Below, one piece after another: positions 1 through 9,657 of a DNA stretch of 64,000 nucleotides (its first letter is position 1; each line of letters begins with the position of its first letter). The stretch covers positions 11,119 to 75,118 of the forward strand of contig JANQLW010000016.1 in assembly GCA_028280405.1 (NCBI GenBank), in the 5' to 3' direction. The notes below the pieces were generated by a model. The model was not told where the DNA came from. It saw only the letters and a program-made list of their open reading frames with translations, and did not search any database. This DNA comes from Bacteroidales bacterium (GTDB lineage Bacteria; Bacteroidota; Bacteroidia; Bacteroidales; GCA-2711565). The translations under genes were made by a program, and so were the position numbers.

Positions 1-464
1 TCTGACAGATTAGAAGAAAAGAGCAAAGTGCCATGATGAAGGACTCTGTTTTTATGAACATGTTCAGCATTACCTGAAATTTTTAAGCCATTAATGCGTA
101 AATCGTTTTTCCCTTCAAACTTTGCATGAACTCCAAGTTCTTTTAATACAAGTATAATGGGTGTCGTAAAATTTTCAAAATTTACGAGCTTACCCTGACT
201 CCCATTTTTAATAAAAGTGAAATTCAGATTTCCTAGATCATGGAAAACAGTACCACCACCCGATATCCTTCTAATAACCGGAATATTGTTTTTTTTGACA
301 AAATCAAGATTGATTTCCTTTAATGCGTTTTGATGTTTACCTAGAATAATAGACGGTTGGTTTTGCCATAACATAAAAATATCTTCCTGAAAATTTTTTA
401 GAAAATACTCTTCTGCGGCGATATTATAATAAGGGTCGGTATGAGGTCTTTCTATAAAAAGCAT
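1..464 (-). CDS. lplA: Lipoate-protein ligase A, N-terminal part (gene runs off the left edge of the window)
   Basis: Absent from the ORF track because no stop lies in the window. My translation of the minus strand from the ATG at 464 reads MLFIERPHTDPYYNIAAEEYFLKNFQEDIFMLWQNQPSIILGKHQN...VIRRISGGGTVFHDLGNLNFTFI. This matches the LplA catalytic core (RRxSGGGAVFHDxGN). Confidence 0.75.
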   Translation of the reverse strand, partial: MLFIERPHTDPYYNIAAEEYFLKNFQEDIFMLWQNQPSIILGKHQNALKEINLDFVKKNNIPVIRRISGGGTVFHDLGNLNFTFIKNGSQGKLVNFENFTTPIILVLKELGVHAKFEGKNDLRINGLKISGNAEHVHKNRVLHHGTLLFSSNLS

Positions 465-552
465 AATCAAGTCTCTTAAAAACAAATTTAAGGATTTGCT
501 TTTATAAATCTATGCTTATTTAGAAAAAATCTTGATAAGAGAGGGTAAATTC

Positions 553-1005
553 TTAGCCCTCTAATTTTTGAACAAGTTCATTTCTTCTGTCAAGTAAGCG
601 GTCAACTTCAGATGATTTTATATCTCCTCTTTTGAGCATATCATCGATTTGCTGAATTTCTTCTTCTGCATTATCAGATTCAGGAATGATCAGTATCTTA
701 GGAGATTCACTGTTTTCAATTTCAAATTCATCGTCTAGCTCTCCTGATTCCCTTAGTTCTTCTTTTAATTGTTTAACAGTATCAGCTATCATTTTGTGAA
801 TAGGCTCTCCAAACTGGTTAAGTAATTCATCCGATAAATCGTGTTTGATCATATCGTAATTATTAACCAATAATTCAAAATTTTTGAAAAACGACTTGTC
901 AACTCCAGGCATATTCTCAAATATAGATTTGTCTTTTACTTTTTTAAACAATCGAATTAATTCATCTAAATTTTGACGTAATGAGTTATTATCTTGATTT
1001 TCCAT
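553..1005 (-). CDS. Hypothetical acidic protein (150 aa)
   Basis: Complete ORF that is strongly D/E-rich with no motif I recognise. It sits co-directionally between lplA and the thiolase operon. Confidence 0.5.
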   Translation of the reverse strand: MENQDNNSLRQNLDELIRLFKKVKDKSIFENMPGVDKSFFKNFELLVNNYDMIKHDLSDELLNQFGEPIHKMIADTVKQLKEELRESGELDDEFEIENSESPKILIIPESDNAEEEIQQIDDMLKRGDIKSSEVDRLLDRRNELVQKLEG

Positions 1006-1075
1006 TTCTTGCTAAATATTCTCTTTTACTATATACAAAGCTAATAACAATATTTGTTCCAAGCCAGTATTCATG

Positions 1076-1102
1076 AAAAAAGCTGCCATTGAGACAGCTT
1101 TT
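1076..1102 (-). terminator. Rho-independent terminator after the thiolase operon
   Basis: The minus strand reads AAGCTG-TCTCAATGG-CAGCTT followed by a T-run, about 60 nt past the thiolase stop. An A-run on the other side makes it potentially bidirectional. Confidence 0.6.
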
Positions 1103-1159
1103 AAAATAAACGAATGATAATAGAGCTAAAGCTCTAAACTAAAAATGTATAGTTGATAG

Positions 1160-2362
1160 TTATATTTTTTCTAATGCGATGGCAATGCCTTGTCCAACAC
1201 CGATACACATAGTGCATAATGCTTTTTTAGCATCTGAATTTTGCAACTGATATATAGCTGAAGTAATGATTCTTGCTCCACTCATTCCAAGAGGATGTCC
1301 CAAAGCTATTGCTCCACCAAGTTTATTAATTCTTGGGTCAAAATCCTCAAGACCTAAAGCACGTGTGCAACCTAATGATTGTGCTGCAAAGGCTTCATTA
1401 AGTTCAATGATGTCAAAATCATTGAGCGATAATTCTAAATGTTCTAGTAGTTTTTTAGTTGCAGGTACCGGGCCCATTCCCATTGTTCTTGGTTCAACTC
1501 CAGCTGATTTCATACCTAAAATTTTAACCAATGGTTTTAAATTATGAACTTTTACTGCTTTTTCAGAAGCAATAATTAAGGCTGCGGCACCATCATTAAT
1601 CCCGGATGCATTTCCCGCAGTTACAAAACAATCAGGTCCTAATACAGGTTTTAAAGTTGACAGTTTTTCCAAACCGGATAAGCGAGGATGTTCATCTTTA
1701 TTTATTACTATAGGATCTCCTTTTCTTTGAGGAATAGTAACCGGTATTATTTCTCTGGCAAGAGCCCCATTTTGTTGAGCTTCGGCAGCTTTTTCCTGGC
1801 TCCATTGAGCAAACTTATCCTGGTCTTCACGACTGATGCTATGATCATTAGCGATGTTTTCTGCCGTTTTAATCATAGATTCAGTACCATATTTTTTATC
1901 CAGAGCTTTATTAATAAAGCGCCAGCCCATCGTGGTATCTTCCAGTATCTGGTTTCTTCCATAGGCAGCATTGGCTTTTCCCATTACAAATGGTGCTCTG
2001 GACATACTTTCAACTCCACCGGCAATCATTAAATCGGCTTCTCCGGCTTTTATTGCTCTTGCTGCAGTACCAATAGCATCCATGCCTGAACCACAAAGCC
2101 TGTTCACAGTTACACCAGGAACAGAAAAGGGAAGATCTGCTAAGAGCAATGACATTCTTGCAACATTTCTGTTATCTTCTCCGGCCTGGTTTGCACAGCC
2201 AAGAATCACATCATCCACTTTTGTCCAGTCAAGGTCGGGATTTCTAGCCATTAAAGCCTTTAATGGTATGGCTGCTAGATCATCAGTTCTTATGCTTGAT
2301 AATCCTCCACCATATTTTCCAACGGGAGTGCGTATAGCATCGCAAATAAATACTTCTTTCAT
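1160..2362 (-). CDS. Acetyl-CoA acetyltransferase (thiolase II)
   Basis: 400 aa. It has the thiolase active-site Cys region VNRLCGSGMDAI and the C-terminal CIGVGQGIAIALE region, and full-length family resemblance. Confidence 0.95.
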   Translation of the reverse strand: MKEVFICDAIRTPVGKYGGGLSSIRTDDLAAIPLKALMARNPDLDWTKVDDVILGCANQAGEDNRNVARMSLLLADLPFSVPGVTVNRLCGSGMDAIGTAARAIKAGEADLMIAGGVESMSRAPFVMGKANAAYGRNQILEDTTMGWRFINKALDKKYGTESMIKTAENIANDHSISREDQDKFAQWSQEKAAEAQQNGALAREIIPVTIPQRKGDPIVINKDEHPRLSGLEKLSTLKPVLGPDCFVTAGNASGINDGAAALIIASEKAVKVHNLKPLVKILGMKSAGVEPRTMGMGPVPATKKLLEHLELSLNDFDIIELNEAFAAQSLGCTRALGLEDFDPRINKLGGAIALGHPLGMSGARIITSAIYQLQNSDAKKALCTMCIGVGQGIAIALEKI

Positions 2363-2395
2363 ATTGTTATTCTTTATTTAACAAAGATATTTTTA

Positions 2396-2423
2396 CCGTC
2401 ATGCTGAAACAAGTTCAGCATGA
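2396..2423. repeat. REP-like hairpin element (CCGTCATGCTGAA-ACAAG-TTCAGCATGA), same family as 36304-36375
   Basis: A 9-bp perfect stem (CATGCTGAA/TTCAGCATG) with a 5-nt loop lies in the 76-nt spacer between the aminotransferase stop and the thiolase start. Two further copies are at 36304-36330 and 36349-36375. The track ORF 2401..2592 (MLKQVQHD...) is just its translation. Confidence 0.7.
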
Positions 2424-2438
2424 TAGACTATTTATCTT

Positions 2439-3794
2439 TCATGGATTTAATTTATCAATTTTTAGCTTTACTAACCTAAATACATTTAAGAATGCAGCAC
2501 TTAACCGATCTACCTCTTTTTGTGTAATAGCTGTCGAAAACATACAGGCACAAGTATTGATCATCATGATGTTTTCTTTAAAGAATAAGTAATCCAATAT
2601 CTCGTTAATTAGTTGCTTTGTGCCTTTGTTTTGATAAGCCTCACGGTAAGTTGTTGGAGGTGTTTCTCTGAAATGTATTCTGAACATTGAACCCGCTCCT
2701 GTAATAGAAACAGGGACATCAGCCAGTTTTATGGATTCTTCAATCTGAGAAATTGCATTTAGAGTCATAGCATTTATCTTTAATACTGCAATTTCATCAA
2801 AGTATTCCATTGCAACTTTTCCGGCAGTCATAGTTATAGGATTCGCTGAAAATGTTCCTGAATGAGGGAAAAGTAATGGAAATGTTGTAGGATCCAATAC
2901 TTTCATAACATCAGCTCTTCCCCCAAAAGCTCCTACCGGAAATCCTCCGCCAATAATTTTACCTAAAGCTGTCAAATCCGGTTTTACTTTAAAATCTGCC
3001 TGGGTTCCTCCAAAATTTGTTCTGAAAGTCACCACTTCATCGAATACTAATAAAGCTCGATTTTTTCTGGTCCATTTATAAAGGGCTTCAATAAATTCTG
3101 AAGTACCTCTTAATAAGCCCACCCGATGAGGAATCGGATCAATCAGAACGCAGGCGATCTGGTCTTTTTGTTCATCCAGAATTGCTAATGTTCTTTCTAT
3201 ATCATTATACGGGAAAATGATTACATCATTTAGAACTCCCTGAGGAGTTCCTTTTGCTAATGGAACACTATTAGGTTTATTAATGTCTCCCCAATCTTCA
3301 GGTTCAGCAAACTGACTGACTTCCGCAAAATCATAAGTGCCATGATAAGCTCCTTCTGCTTTAGCAATTTTCGAACGACCTGTAAAAGCTCTTGAAGCTT
3401 TGATCATAGCCATTACCGCTTCGGTGCCTGAATTTGTAAAACGAATTTTCTCAAAACTTTCAATTCTATCGCATAACAATTGGGCATATTCAACTTCAAT
3501 CTCCGTAGCTAAAGTATAAGCTGTGCCTTTTTGTAATTGTTTTGTAACAGCATCCACAATTGGCGGATAAGCATGCCCGTGAATTAAGGCTGCCATATTG
3601 TTTGCAAAATCAATTCGTTCAATACCATCTATGTCTTTTACATAACATCCCGAGGCACTGGCAACATAATTAGGGTTTGGCTTACGGTAAACCGTATTTC
3701 GACTAACCCCGCCAGGCAGTATATTTACGGCCTGTTTATAGATTTCTTCATTAGTTCTTTTTTGAACCATTGAATCGGATTCTTTTATTAACAT
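2439..3794 (-). CDS. Class-III PLP aminotransferase (glutamate-1-semialdehyde aminomutase-like; candidate beta-transaminase)
   Basis: 451 aa. Motifs include LVFDEVVTFR and DLTALGKIIGGGFPVGAFGGR (Schiff-base Lys context), typical of class-III/GSA-AM-like enzymes. The operon context is KamA-like, CoA-transferase and thiolase genes. Confidence 0.9.
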   Translation of the reverse strand: MLIKESDSMVQKRTNEEIYKQAVNILPGGVSRNTVYRKPNPNYVASASGCYVKDIDGIERIDFANNMAALIHGHAYPPIVDAVTKQLQKGTAYTLATEIEVEYAQLLCDRIESFEKIRFTNSGTEAVMAMIKASRAFTGRSKIAKAEGAYHGTYDFAEVSQFAEPEDWGDINKPNSVPLAKGTPQGVLNDVIIFPYNDIERTLAILDEQKDQIACVLIDPIPHRVGLLRGTSEFIEALYKWTRKNRALLVFDEVVTFRTNFGGTQADFKVKPDLTALGKIIGGGFPVGAFGGRADVMKVLDPTTFPLLFPHSGTFSANPITMTAGKVAMEYFDEIAVLKINAMTLNAISQIEESIKLADVPVSITGAGSMFRIHFRETPPTTYREAYQNKGTKQLINEILDYLFFKENIMMINTCACMFSTAITQKEVDRLSAAFLNVFRLVKLKIDKLNP

Positions 3795-3840
3795 TTCTTA
3801 TTTCCGTTTTCCGGAATTTAAATTTCAATTAAAAATAAGC

Positions 3841-4491
3841 TTATTGATGAAGTTCTGCTTCTGTAACACTTTGAAGATACTCAAAGTTAACTCCCGGGGC
3901 CATTTCTTTTACATAAAGGCCGTCTTCTTTAACATCAAGGATTGCAAGATTAGTATAGATACGATCTACAACTTGTTTCCCTGTTAAAGGATATGTACAT
4001 TCTTTTACAATTTTAGCATCTCCATGTTTGGTTACATGCTGAGTAATCACATAAATCGTTTTTACTCCTGCAACTAAGTCCATAGCACCTCCAACAGCAG
4101 GAATGGCATTTTTAGCTCCGGTCGACCAGTTTGCTAAACTTCCATTTTCAGCAACCTGCATTGCACCTAACACACAAACATCAATATGCTTGCCACGAAT
4201 CATTGTAAAACTATCTGCATGATGAAAAAAACATGCACCCGGAATGGCTGTAACATATTTTTTACCGGCGTTGATTAATTCAGGATCTTCTTTTCCTTCA
4301 GCAGGATTAGGCCCCATGCCCAATAATCCGTTTTCCGTATGATAAATAACTTCCCGGCCTTCAGGAACATGTCCTGCAACCATTTCAGGTATTCCGATCC
4401 CCAGATTTACATAGGAACCATCCGGGATGTCCATCGCAACTTTTTGAGCCATTTCATTTCTGTCCCATCCTTTTATATTTTGATCTACCAA
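3841..4491 (-). CDS. 3-oxoacid CoA-transferase, subunit B
   Basis: 216 aa. The HTENGLLGMGP motif corresponds to the catalytic-Glu (S)ENG motif. It overlaps the subunit A gene by 7 nt. Confidence 0.9.
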   Translation of the reverse strand: MVDQNIKGWDRNEMAQKVAMDIPDGSYVNLGIGIPEMVAGHVPEGREVIYHTENGLLGMGPNPAEGKEDPELINAGKKYVTAIPGACFFHHADSFTMIRGKHIDVCVLGAMQVAENGSLANWSTGAKNAIPAVGGAMDLVAGVKTIYVITQHVTKHGDAKIVKECTYPLTGKQVVDRIYTNLAILDVKEDGLYVKEMAPGVNFEYLQSVTEAELHQ

Positions 4492-5198
4492 GGATACCTC
4501 CTTTCTTCACGTACGAGTTTAGATTCTTCTTGTGGATCTGTAACTTCTACTACTTTGTTTACAAATATTCCAGGTGTTACTACATGCTCCGGATTAATCT
4601 CTCCCAGTTCTACTAATTTTTTTGCCTGGACAATAGTTGTTTCTGCTGCAGTACACATAATAGGTCCAAAATTTCTGGCAGTTTTATTGTAAACTAAATT
4701 ACCATAGCGATCGGCATGTAAACACTTTACCAGGGAAAAATCAGCCCGAATGCCATATTCCATTACATAAGTTTCACCATTAAATTCACGTATTTCTTTC
4801 CCTTCTGCCAATGGTGTATGTACTGAAGATGGGGTGTAGAATGCCGGGATCCCGGCTCCACCTGCCCTGATGCGTTCTGCTAAAGTACCTTGTGGTACCA
4901 GTTCCAATTCTATTTCGCCTGCATTATAAAGTTCAGGGAAAACAGTTGAATTTGCAGTTCGTGGAAATGAACAGATCATTTTTTTTACTTGCCTGTTCTC
5001 AATAAGAGCTGCCAGACCAACATGTCCACTGCCGGTATTATTACTGACAACCGTTAGGTCTTTAGCTCCATGATCTATGAGTGCGTGAATCAGCTCAATC
5101 GGGCTACCCGCTTCGCCAAACCCACCAATCATGACGGTTGCTCCATCGAATATGCCAGCAACTGCCCGATCTGTAGAGTTGATAATTTTATTTATCAT
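4485..5198 (-). CDS. 3-oxoacid CoA-transferase, subunit A
   Basis: 237 aa with the N-terminal motif MIGGFGEAGSPIELI typical of family-I CoA-transferase A subunits. Confidence 0.9.
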   Translation of the reverse strand: MINKIINSTDRAVAGIFDGATVMIGGFGEAGSPIELIHALIDHGAKDLTVVSNNTGSGHVGLAALIENRQVKKMICSFPRTANSTVFPELYNAGEIELELVPQGTLAERIRAGGAGIPAFYTPSSVHTPLAEGKEIREFNGETYVMEYGIRADFSLVKCLHADRYGNLVYNKTARNFGPIMCTAAETTIVQAKKLVELGEINPEHVVTPGIFVNKVVEVTDPQEESKLVREERRYPW

Positions 5199-5218
5199 AG
5201 GTATAATATTAGGCTAAT

Positions 5219-6814
5219 CTATTTTTTTAATCTGGCTGCTAAAGCATCTTCCAGATCTTTTTCAATCTGAATTAATTCATCTTCAAAGAAATATTTGTCA
5301 GAATCGAATGGCTTTAAGCTAGCGATGGTATTTTCTTCTTCATCGTATTTAGCTAAAAATACTCTATCCATCCATTCCATGTTCCTACTTTCATTGAATT
5401 TAAGCACAAATGCTTTTTCTCCATTTACGGTAGTTTCTCCTAAAATAGAAGTTTTTCCTGCCGAGGAGGTCATGGTAATATACCTTGAAGGACGGCTGAT
5501 TGACGGAAGCGTTCTGTAAACTTTGCTAAAAACTTTGTTTAATGCCACTAATGGTACGGTGAAGTAGTGATGTTCCCCGGTTGGACGGGCACAATACATA
5601 GAATGAAACTGAACAGCCAACATAGAAAGGATATTTCCTAAATCAATCCAGTTTTGGGCTGAACGATCAATATCCACTTCTCCGTTTTCATCCGTAAATA
5701 AACTGATATGGTTCATAACAGGACTTTGACTTCTGATTACAATTCCTTTGGAACGTAAGCGACGGATAGCAGCAATCGTGCTTGGATTCATTAATTCTCT
5801 CGGTGTTGAAAAATGAGCCATGATCACAACCTGAACTCCATTGTCAATTAAATACTTGAAGAATTCAAGATATTTCTCATAATCTTCAGTTAAGAATAAT
5901 TCAGGATGGAATGTTAAAGCCCTGGTACCAATTCTTAATGATTTAATATGTAATAATTCAGGGTCATCTACAATAGGCTTTACATATTGTTCCAGTCTTT
6001 CGTAGGGCATATATCCGCCATCACCACCAGTGATTAATAAATCGGTAACCTCTTTATGTTGTTTCATATAATCGATTACCGGCTTGATTTCCTTTTGTAT
6101 GAACATATCTTCATCACCACGTACCTGAGCATGGCGGAAACAATAGCTACAGAAAGCAAAACAACTTTGAGTTGATTTATCGAATAATAACTGACACTGT
6201 GGGTATTTATGCTGGCTTCCTTCCAGGAATTCAATTTCTCCTTCATCATTTTCAAACCAGGGTTTATTCAGTTTTTGTTTTCCATCATGAGGATTGGTGC
6301 TTTGAATATAATCTTCAATAAGCTTTTCTTTTTCCTCCTCTGATGTTGCTGCCTGATAATTCTTTAATAATTCAGGACTGATCATTCCCGGTTGTGGAAA
6401 TACCAATTGAAATACCGAATCCTTTGCAAAGTTTTTCCAGTTGATCGTATTTAATACGTGTTTAGTTGCTAAGAAACGATATACCTTGATGAAGAGTTCT
6501 CTCTCTTCAATATGGCCAATATCAATTCCATTTTCCAATAAGATCTGGTTAATTTCCCTAAATCCTTTTAAACCGGCATAATGAGCTTTTCCTGAAAAGT
6601 GGAATTCTTCATCTTCCATAATCCCAGAATATTCGGGATATACCGAATGTAATCTGGATAATAAACCTGCAGGTAATAAATTTTCCGACTCAATGATTGC
6701 TCTGGTTTCATCAGTATAATGATAACGATCCATCATTTTTTCTATATCAACGTTTTGGATATTAACTCTTTTTGATCCTTTTATCATTGTACCGCTTGTA
6801 CTTGTTGTTGTCAT
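5219..6814 (-). CDS. KamA-family radical-SAM 2,3-aminomutase-like protein (long form, 531 aa)
   Basis: The CxxxCxxC radical-SAM motif C218-FAF-C222-SY-C225 is preceded by HKYPQCQLLF, resembling the HRYPDRVLL...CxxYCRxC region of lysine 2,3-aminomutase. The motif lies roughly 90-100 residues further from the N-terminus than I recall for clostridial KamA. Confidence 0.85.
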   Translation of the reverse strand: MTTTSTSGTMIKGSKRVNIQNVDIEKMMDRYHYTDETRAIIESENLLPAGLLSRLHSVYPEYSGIMEDEEFHFSGKAHYAGLKGFREINQILLENGIDIGHIEERELFIKVYRFLATKHVLNTINWKNFAKDSVFQLVFPQPGMISPELLKNYQAATSEEEKEKLIEDYIQSTNPHDGKQKLNKPWFENDEGEIEFLEGSQHKYPQCQLLFDKSTQSCFAFCSYCFRHAQVRGDEDMFIQKEIKPVIDYMKQHKEVTDLLITGGDGGYMPYERLEQYVKPIVDDPELLHIKSLRIGTRALTFHPELFLTEDYEKYLEFFKYLIDNGVQVVIMAHFSTPRELMNPSTIAAIRRLRSKGIVIRSQSPVMNHISLFTDENGEVDIDRSAQNWIDLGNILSMLAVQFHSMYCARPTGEHHYFTVPLVALNKVFSKVYRTLPSISRPSRYITMTSSAGKTSILGETTVNGEKAFVLKFNESRNMEWMDRVFLAKYDEEENTIASLKPFDSDKYFFEDELIQIEKDLEDALAARLKK

Positions 6815-7338
6815 TTTTTATGTTGTTTTTTAATTGTTTTAATGAAATTATAGAACTGACCGAATCAAATGATTGACTCATAAATTGAATTGCATCTGTA
6901 AAGTTACTAATGAATGTTTCCTGATTCAAAAGAATTATATAGGTTTTATCGTGATTTCTTATAGGAAAATAGAATAGAAATCTTCTGTTAAGAAAAGAAA
7001 ACGAATAAAAATTCTTTATGGATGCAAAGAGAGAAATCGGATGGCCTAGGAAGAAGACCAGTTTTTTCTTCTGAACTTTACTTTTTGGTTACCATCGAAC
7101 ACATTGACTACAATACTGCGGAGAGTTTCGAATATAACCCCTCCGTCGTTCCTGGCTGAAAGAGCAATATTTTTTTTGTTAGTCATAATTGATTTAAATT
7201 AAAGTGTTTATTTGATCCATGTATATGCATTTCAAAGATATAAAACTAAAAATAGCAAACAACAACTTATCTTAATTTTTACTCATTCTAAAAATCATTT
7301 TTTTAATAGCTTTGTACAAGCAATAAAAACAACATCTT

Positions 7339-8751
7339 TTGTACAGCAAATATCTAAGATATAAAGCCTTTAAAACTATTTCCGATGTCGTGACAGAAAA
7401 CAATGTTCAGGCATGGGTGGTCGGCGGCTTTGTACGTGATATATTTTTAAAACGTGAATCGAAGGATATTGATGTGGTTGTTTTAGGAAGTGGGATCGAA
7501 ATTGCTGAGAAGATAGCAAAGCAGATCGGAAAAAAAGGTGAGGCCAAGTATTTTAAAAACTTTGGGACTGCTATGCTTCGAATGCGGGAATTTGAGGTTG
7601 AGTTTGTGGGTGCACGTAAAGAATCTTACCGCAAAGATTCCAGAAAACCAATTGTTGAAGATGGTACATTGGAGGATGATCAAAACAGAAGAGATTTTAC
7701 GATCAATGCTTTGGCCCTAAGCTTGAATAAAGATAATTTTGGTGAGTTAATTGATCCTTTTAATGGAATGGAGGATTTGAAAGCTCAAATTATTCGAACT
7801 CCTTTGGATCCGGATATTACCTTTTCGGACGATCCTTTGAGAATGATGCGTGGTATTCGGTTTGCCAGTCAGTTGAATTTTAATATTCATAAGGAAACCT
7901 TTAAAGCGATTCAAAGAAATGCCAAACGCATCAAAATTGTTTCTAAGGAGAGGATCAATGATGAATTGCATAAAATTGTGTTATCGGCTAAACCATCTGT
8001 TGGTTTTAAATTGCTTGAAGAGAGTGGTTTGTTAAAATTGATCTTTCCTCAGCTTCTTGAATTAAAAGGAACTGAGAAAAGAGAAGGAAAAGGACATAAA
8101 GATAATTTTTATCATACTCTGCAGGTGTTGGACAATATTGCCAAAACAACAGACAATCTTTGGCTTAGATGGGCGGCAATATTGCATGACATTGCAAAAC
8201 CGGCTACCAAAAAATTTGATTCGGTTAACGGATGGACTTTTCATGGGCATGAATTTAAAGGGGCAAAAATGGTTCCGGCTATTTTCAAAAAAATGAAACT
8301 TCCTTTAAATGATAAGATGGAATATGTCAGAAAAATGGTGCTATTACATCTTCGTCCTATCGTTTTGGCAGAAGATATAGTGACCGATTCGGCTATCAGA
8401 AGGCTATTGTTTGAAGCAGGGGATGATATAGATGATTTAATGACACTATGTGAAGCAGATATCACTTCAAAGAATAAGGATAAAGTAAAACGATATCTGA
8501 AAAATTTTGAAGTTGTTCGTCGGAAACTGGTTGAAATTGAAGAAAAAGATCGTTTAAGAAACTGGCAACCTCCAATATCCGGTGAAATTATTATGGAAGC
8601 GTTTGGGATCAAACCCTGTAAGGATGTAGGTATTATAAAAACAGCAATAAGAGAGGCCATACTTGACGGTATAATAGGTAATAATTACGAAGAAGCTTAT
8701 CAGCTAATGCTTCAAGAAGGTAAAAAGCTTGGGTATACTGCCGTAAATTAA
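7339..8751 (+). CDS. tRNA nucleotidyltransferase / poly(A) polymerase family protein with HD domain (CCA-adding enzyme-like)
   Basis: 470 aa. It has the nucleotidyltransferase head GGFVRDIFL...DIDVVV, the RRDFTINAL motif and the HD domain ILHDIAKP. The track start is TTG, so the true start is uncertain. Confidence 0.8.
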   Translation: MYSKYLRYKAFKTISDVVTENNVQAWVVGGFVRDIFLKRESKDIDVVVLGSGIEIAEKIAKQIGKKGEAKYFKNFGTAMLRMREFEVEFVGARKESYRKDSRKPIVEDGTLEDDQNRRDFTINALALSLNKDNFGELIDPFNGMEDLKAQIIRTPLDPDITFSDDPLRMMRGIRFASQLNFNIHKETFKAIQRNAKRIKIVSKERINDELHKIVLSAKPSVGFKLLEESGLLKLIFPQLLELKGTEKREGKGHKDNFYHTLQVLDNIAKTTDNLWLRWAAILHDIAKPATKKFDSVNGWTFHGHEFKGAKMVPAIFKKMKLPLNDKMEYVRKMVLLHLRPIVLAEDIVTDSAIRRLLFEAGDDIDDLMTLCEADITSKNKDKVKRYLKNFEVVRRKLVEIEEKDRLRNWQPPISGEIIMEAFGIKPCKDVGIIKTAIREAILDGIIGNNYEEAYQLMLQEGKKLGYTAVN

Positions 8752-8754
8752 TCT

Positions 8755-9657
8755 GTGAATACAAATAAGAAACATAAGCTCATTATTATTTCAGGGCCAA
8801 CGGCTGTCGGGAAAACCCGTTTTGCTATAGATCTGGCCAAAGCATTGCATACGGAAATTATATCTGCTGATTCCCGTCAGTTTTATAAGGAAATGTCTAT
8901 AGGCACAGCTAAACCAAATAAAGAGGAACTGGCTGAAGTAAAACATCATTTGATAGGGAATCTTTCAATTCATGATTATTATAATGTTTCAATGTATGAA
9001 AGTGATGTACTTCAAATTTTGAACGATTTATTTAAAATACATGCATCAGTTATAATGACCGGAGGTAGTGGATTGTATATAGATGCTGTATGTAATGGTA
9101 TTGATGATTATCCTGGTGCTGATGAAGCGCTTCGAAATGATTTAAACAGATTATGGAAAGAAAGAGGCCTTAGGTTCTTATTAAGTGAACTTCAGGAAAA
9201 AGATCCTGAATTTTATCATCAAGTCGACAAAGCAAATCCAAAGCGGGTAATCAGGGCTTTGGAAATTATTCGTGCGACCGGTAAAAAATATTCTGAACAA
9301 AGAAAAAATCCAAGAAAAGAAAGGCCATTTGAAATTTATAAATATTGTTTGAATAGGGATAGAAACGAGTTATTTGAGCGTATATCCCTGAGAGTTGATC
9401 AAATGCTTGAAGATGGACTGCTTAAAGAAGTAAAATCTCTATTGCCGTATCGAAACTTAAATGCATTAAATACTGTTGGCTATAAAGAATATTTTAAATA
9501 TTTAGATGGAGAAATCAGTTTAGAGCAAGCAACCGCTGATCTGAAAACCAATACCCGCAGGTATGCTAAAAGACAGCTTACCTGGATTAAACGTGATGAC
9601 TCTTATGAATGGATTGAATATAATGATTTGGAGAACCTAATTCAACGGTTTTCATAG
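8755..9657 (+). CDS. miaA: tRNA dimethylallyltransferase
   Basis: 300 aa with P-loop IIISGPTAVGKT and DSRQFYKEMSIGTAKP. GTG start 3 nt after the preceding stop. Confidence 0.95.
   Translation: MNTNKKHKLIIISGPTAVGKTRFAIDLAKALHTEIISADSRQFYKEMSIGTAKPNKEELAEVKHHLIGNLSIHDYYNVSMYESDVLQILNDLFKIHASVIMTGGSGLYIDAVCNGIDDYPGADEALRNDLNRLWKERGLRFLLSELQEKDPEFYHQVDKANPKRVIRALEIIRATGKKYSEQRKNPRKERPFEIYKYCLNRDRNELFERISLRVDQMLEDGLLKEVKSLLPYRNLNALNTVGYKEYFKYLDGEISLEQATADLKTNTRRYAKRQLTWIKRDDSYEWIEYNDLENLIQRFS

Noticed and set aside
1266-2381. Plus-strand ORFs 1266..1547, 1688..2032 and 1971..2381, antisense to the thiolase gene
   Set aside because: They lie entirely inside a well-supported thiolase CDS on the other strand. 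Their sequences are low-complexity and carry no motifs, so they are shadow ORFs. The same reasoning applies to 4339..4692, 7483..8660 (several ORFs), 18477..19145, 19419..19676, 40299..40616, 41082..41603, 53263..53820, 58128..58691, 59980..60351 and 62676..63128.
2401-2592. 63-aa ORF starting MLKQVQHD
   Set aside because: Its 5' end is simply the translation of the REP-like hairpin, and the rest is antisense to the aminotransferase gene.
6815-7200. Lysine riboswitch (L-box) in the leader of the KamA-like operon
   Set aside because: A stretch CGACGGAGGGG...CAGTATTGTAG superficially recalls the 5' part of the L-box (GAGGCGC...AGUA). I could not find the other conserved cores (GCCGAAG, CUGUCA, GGAGAGC). 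An OFF-type lysine switch on a catabolic operon would also be illogical.
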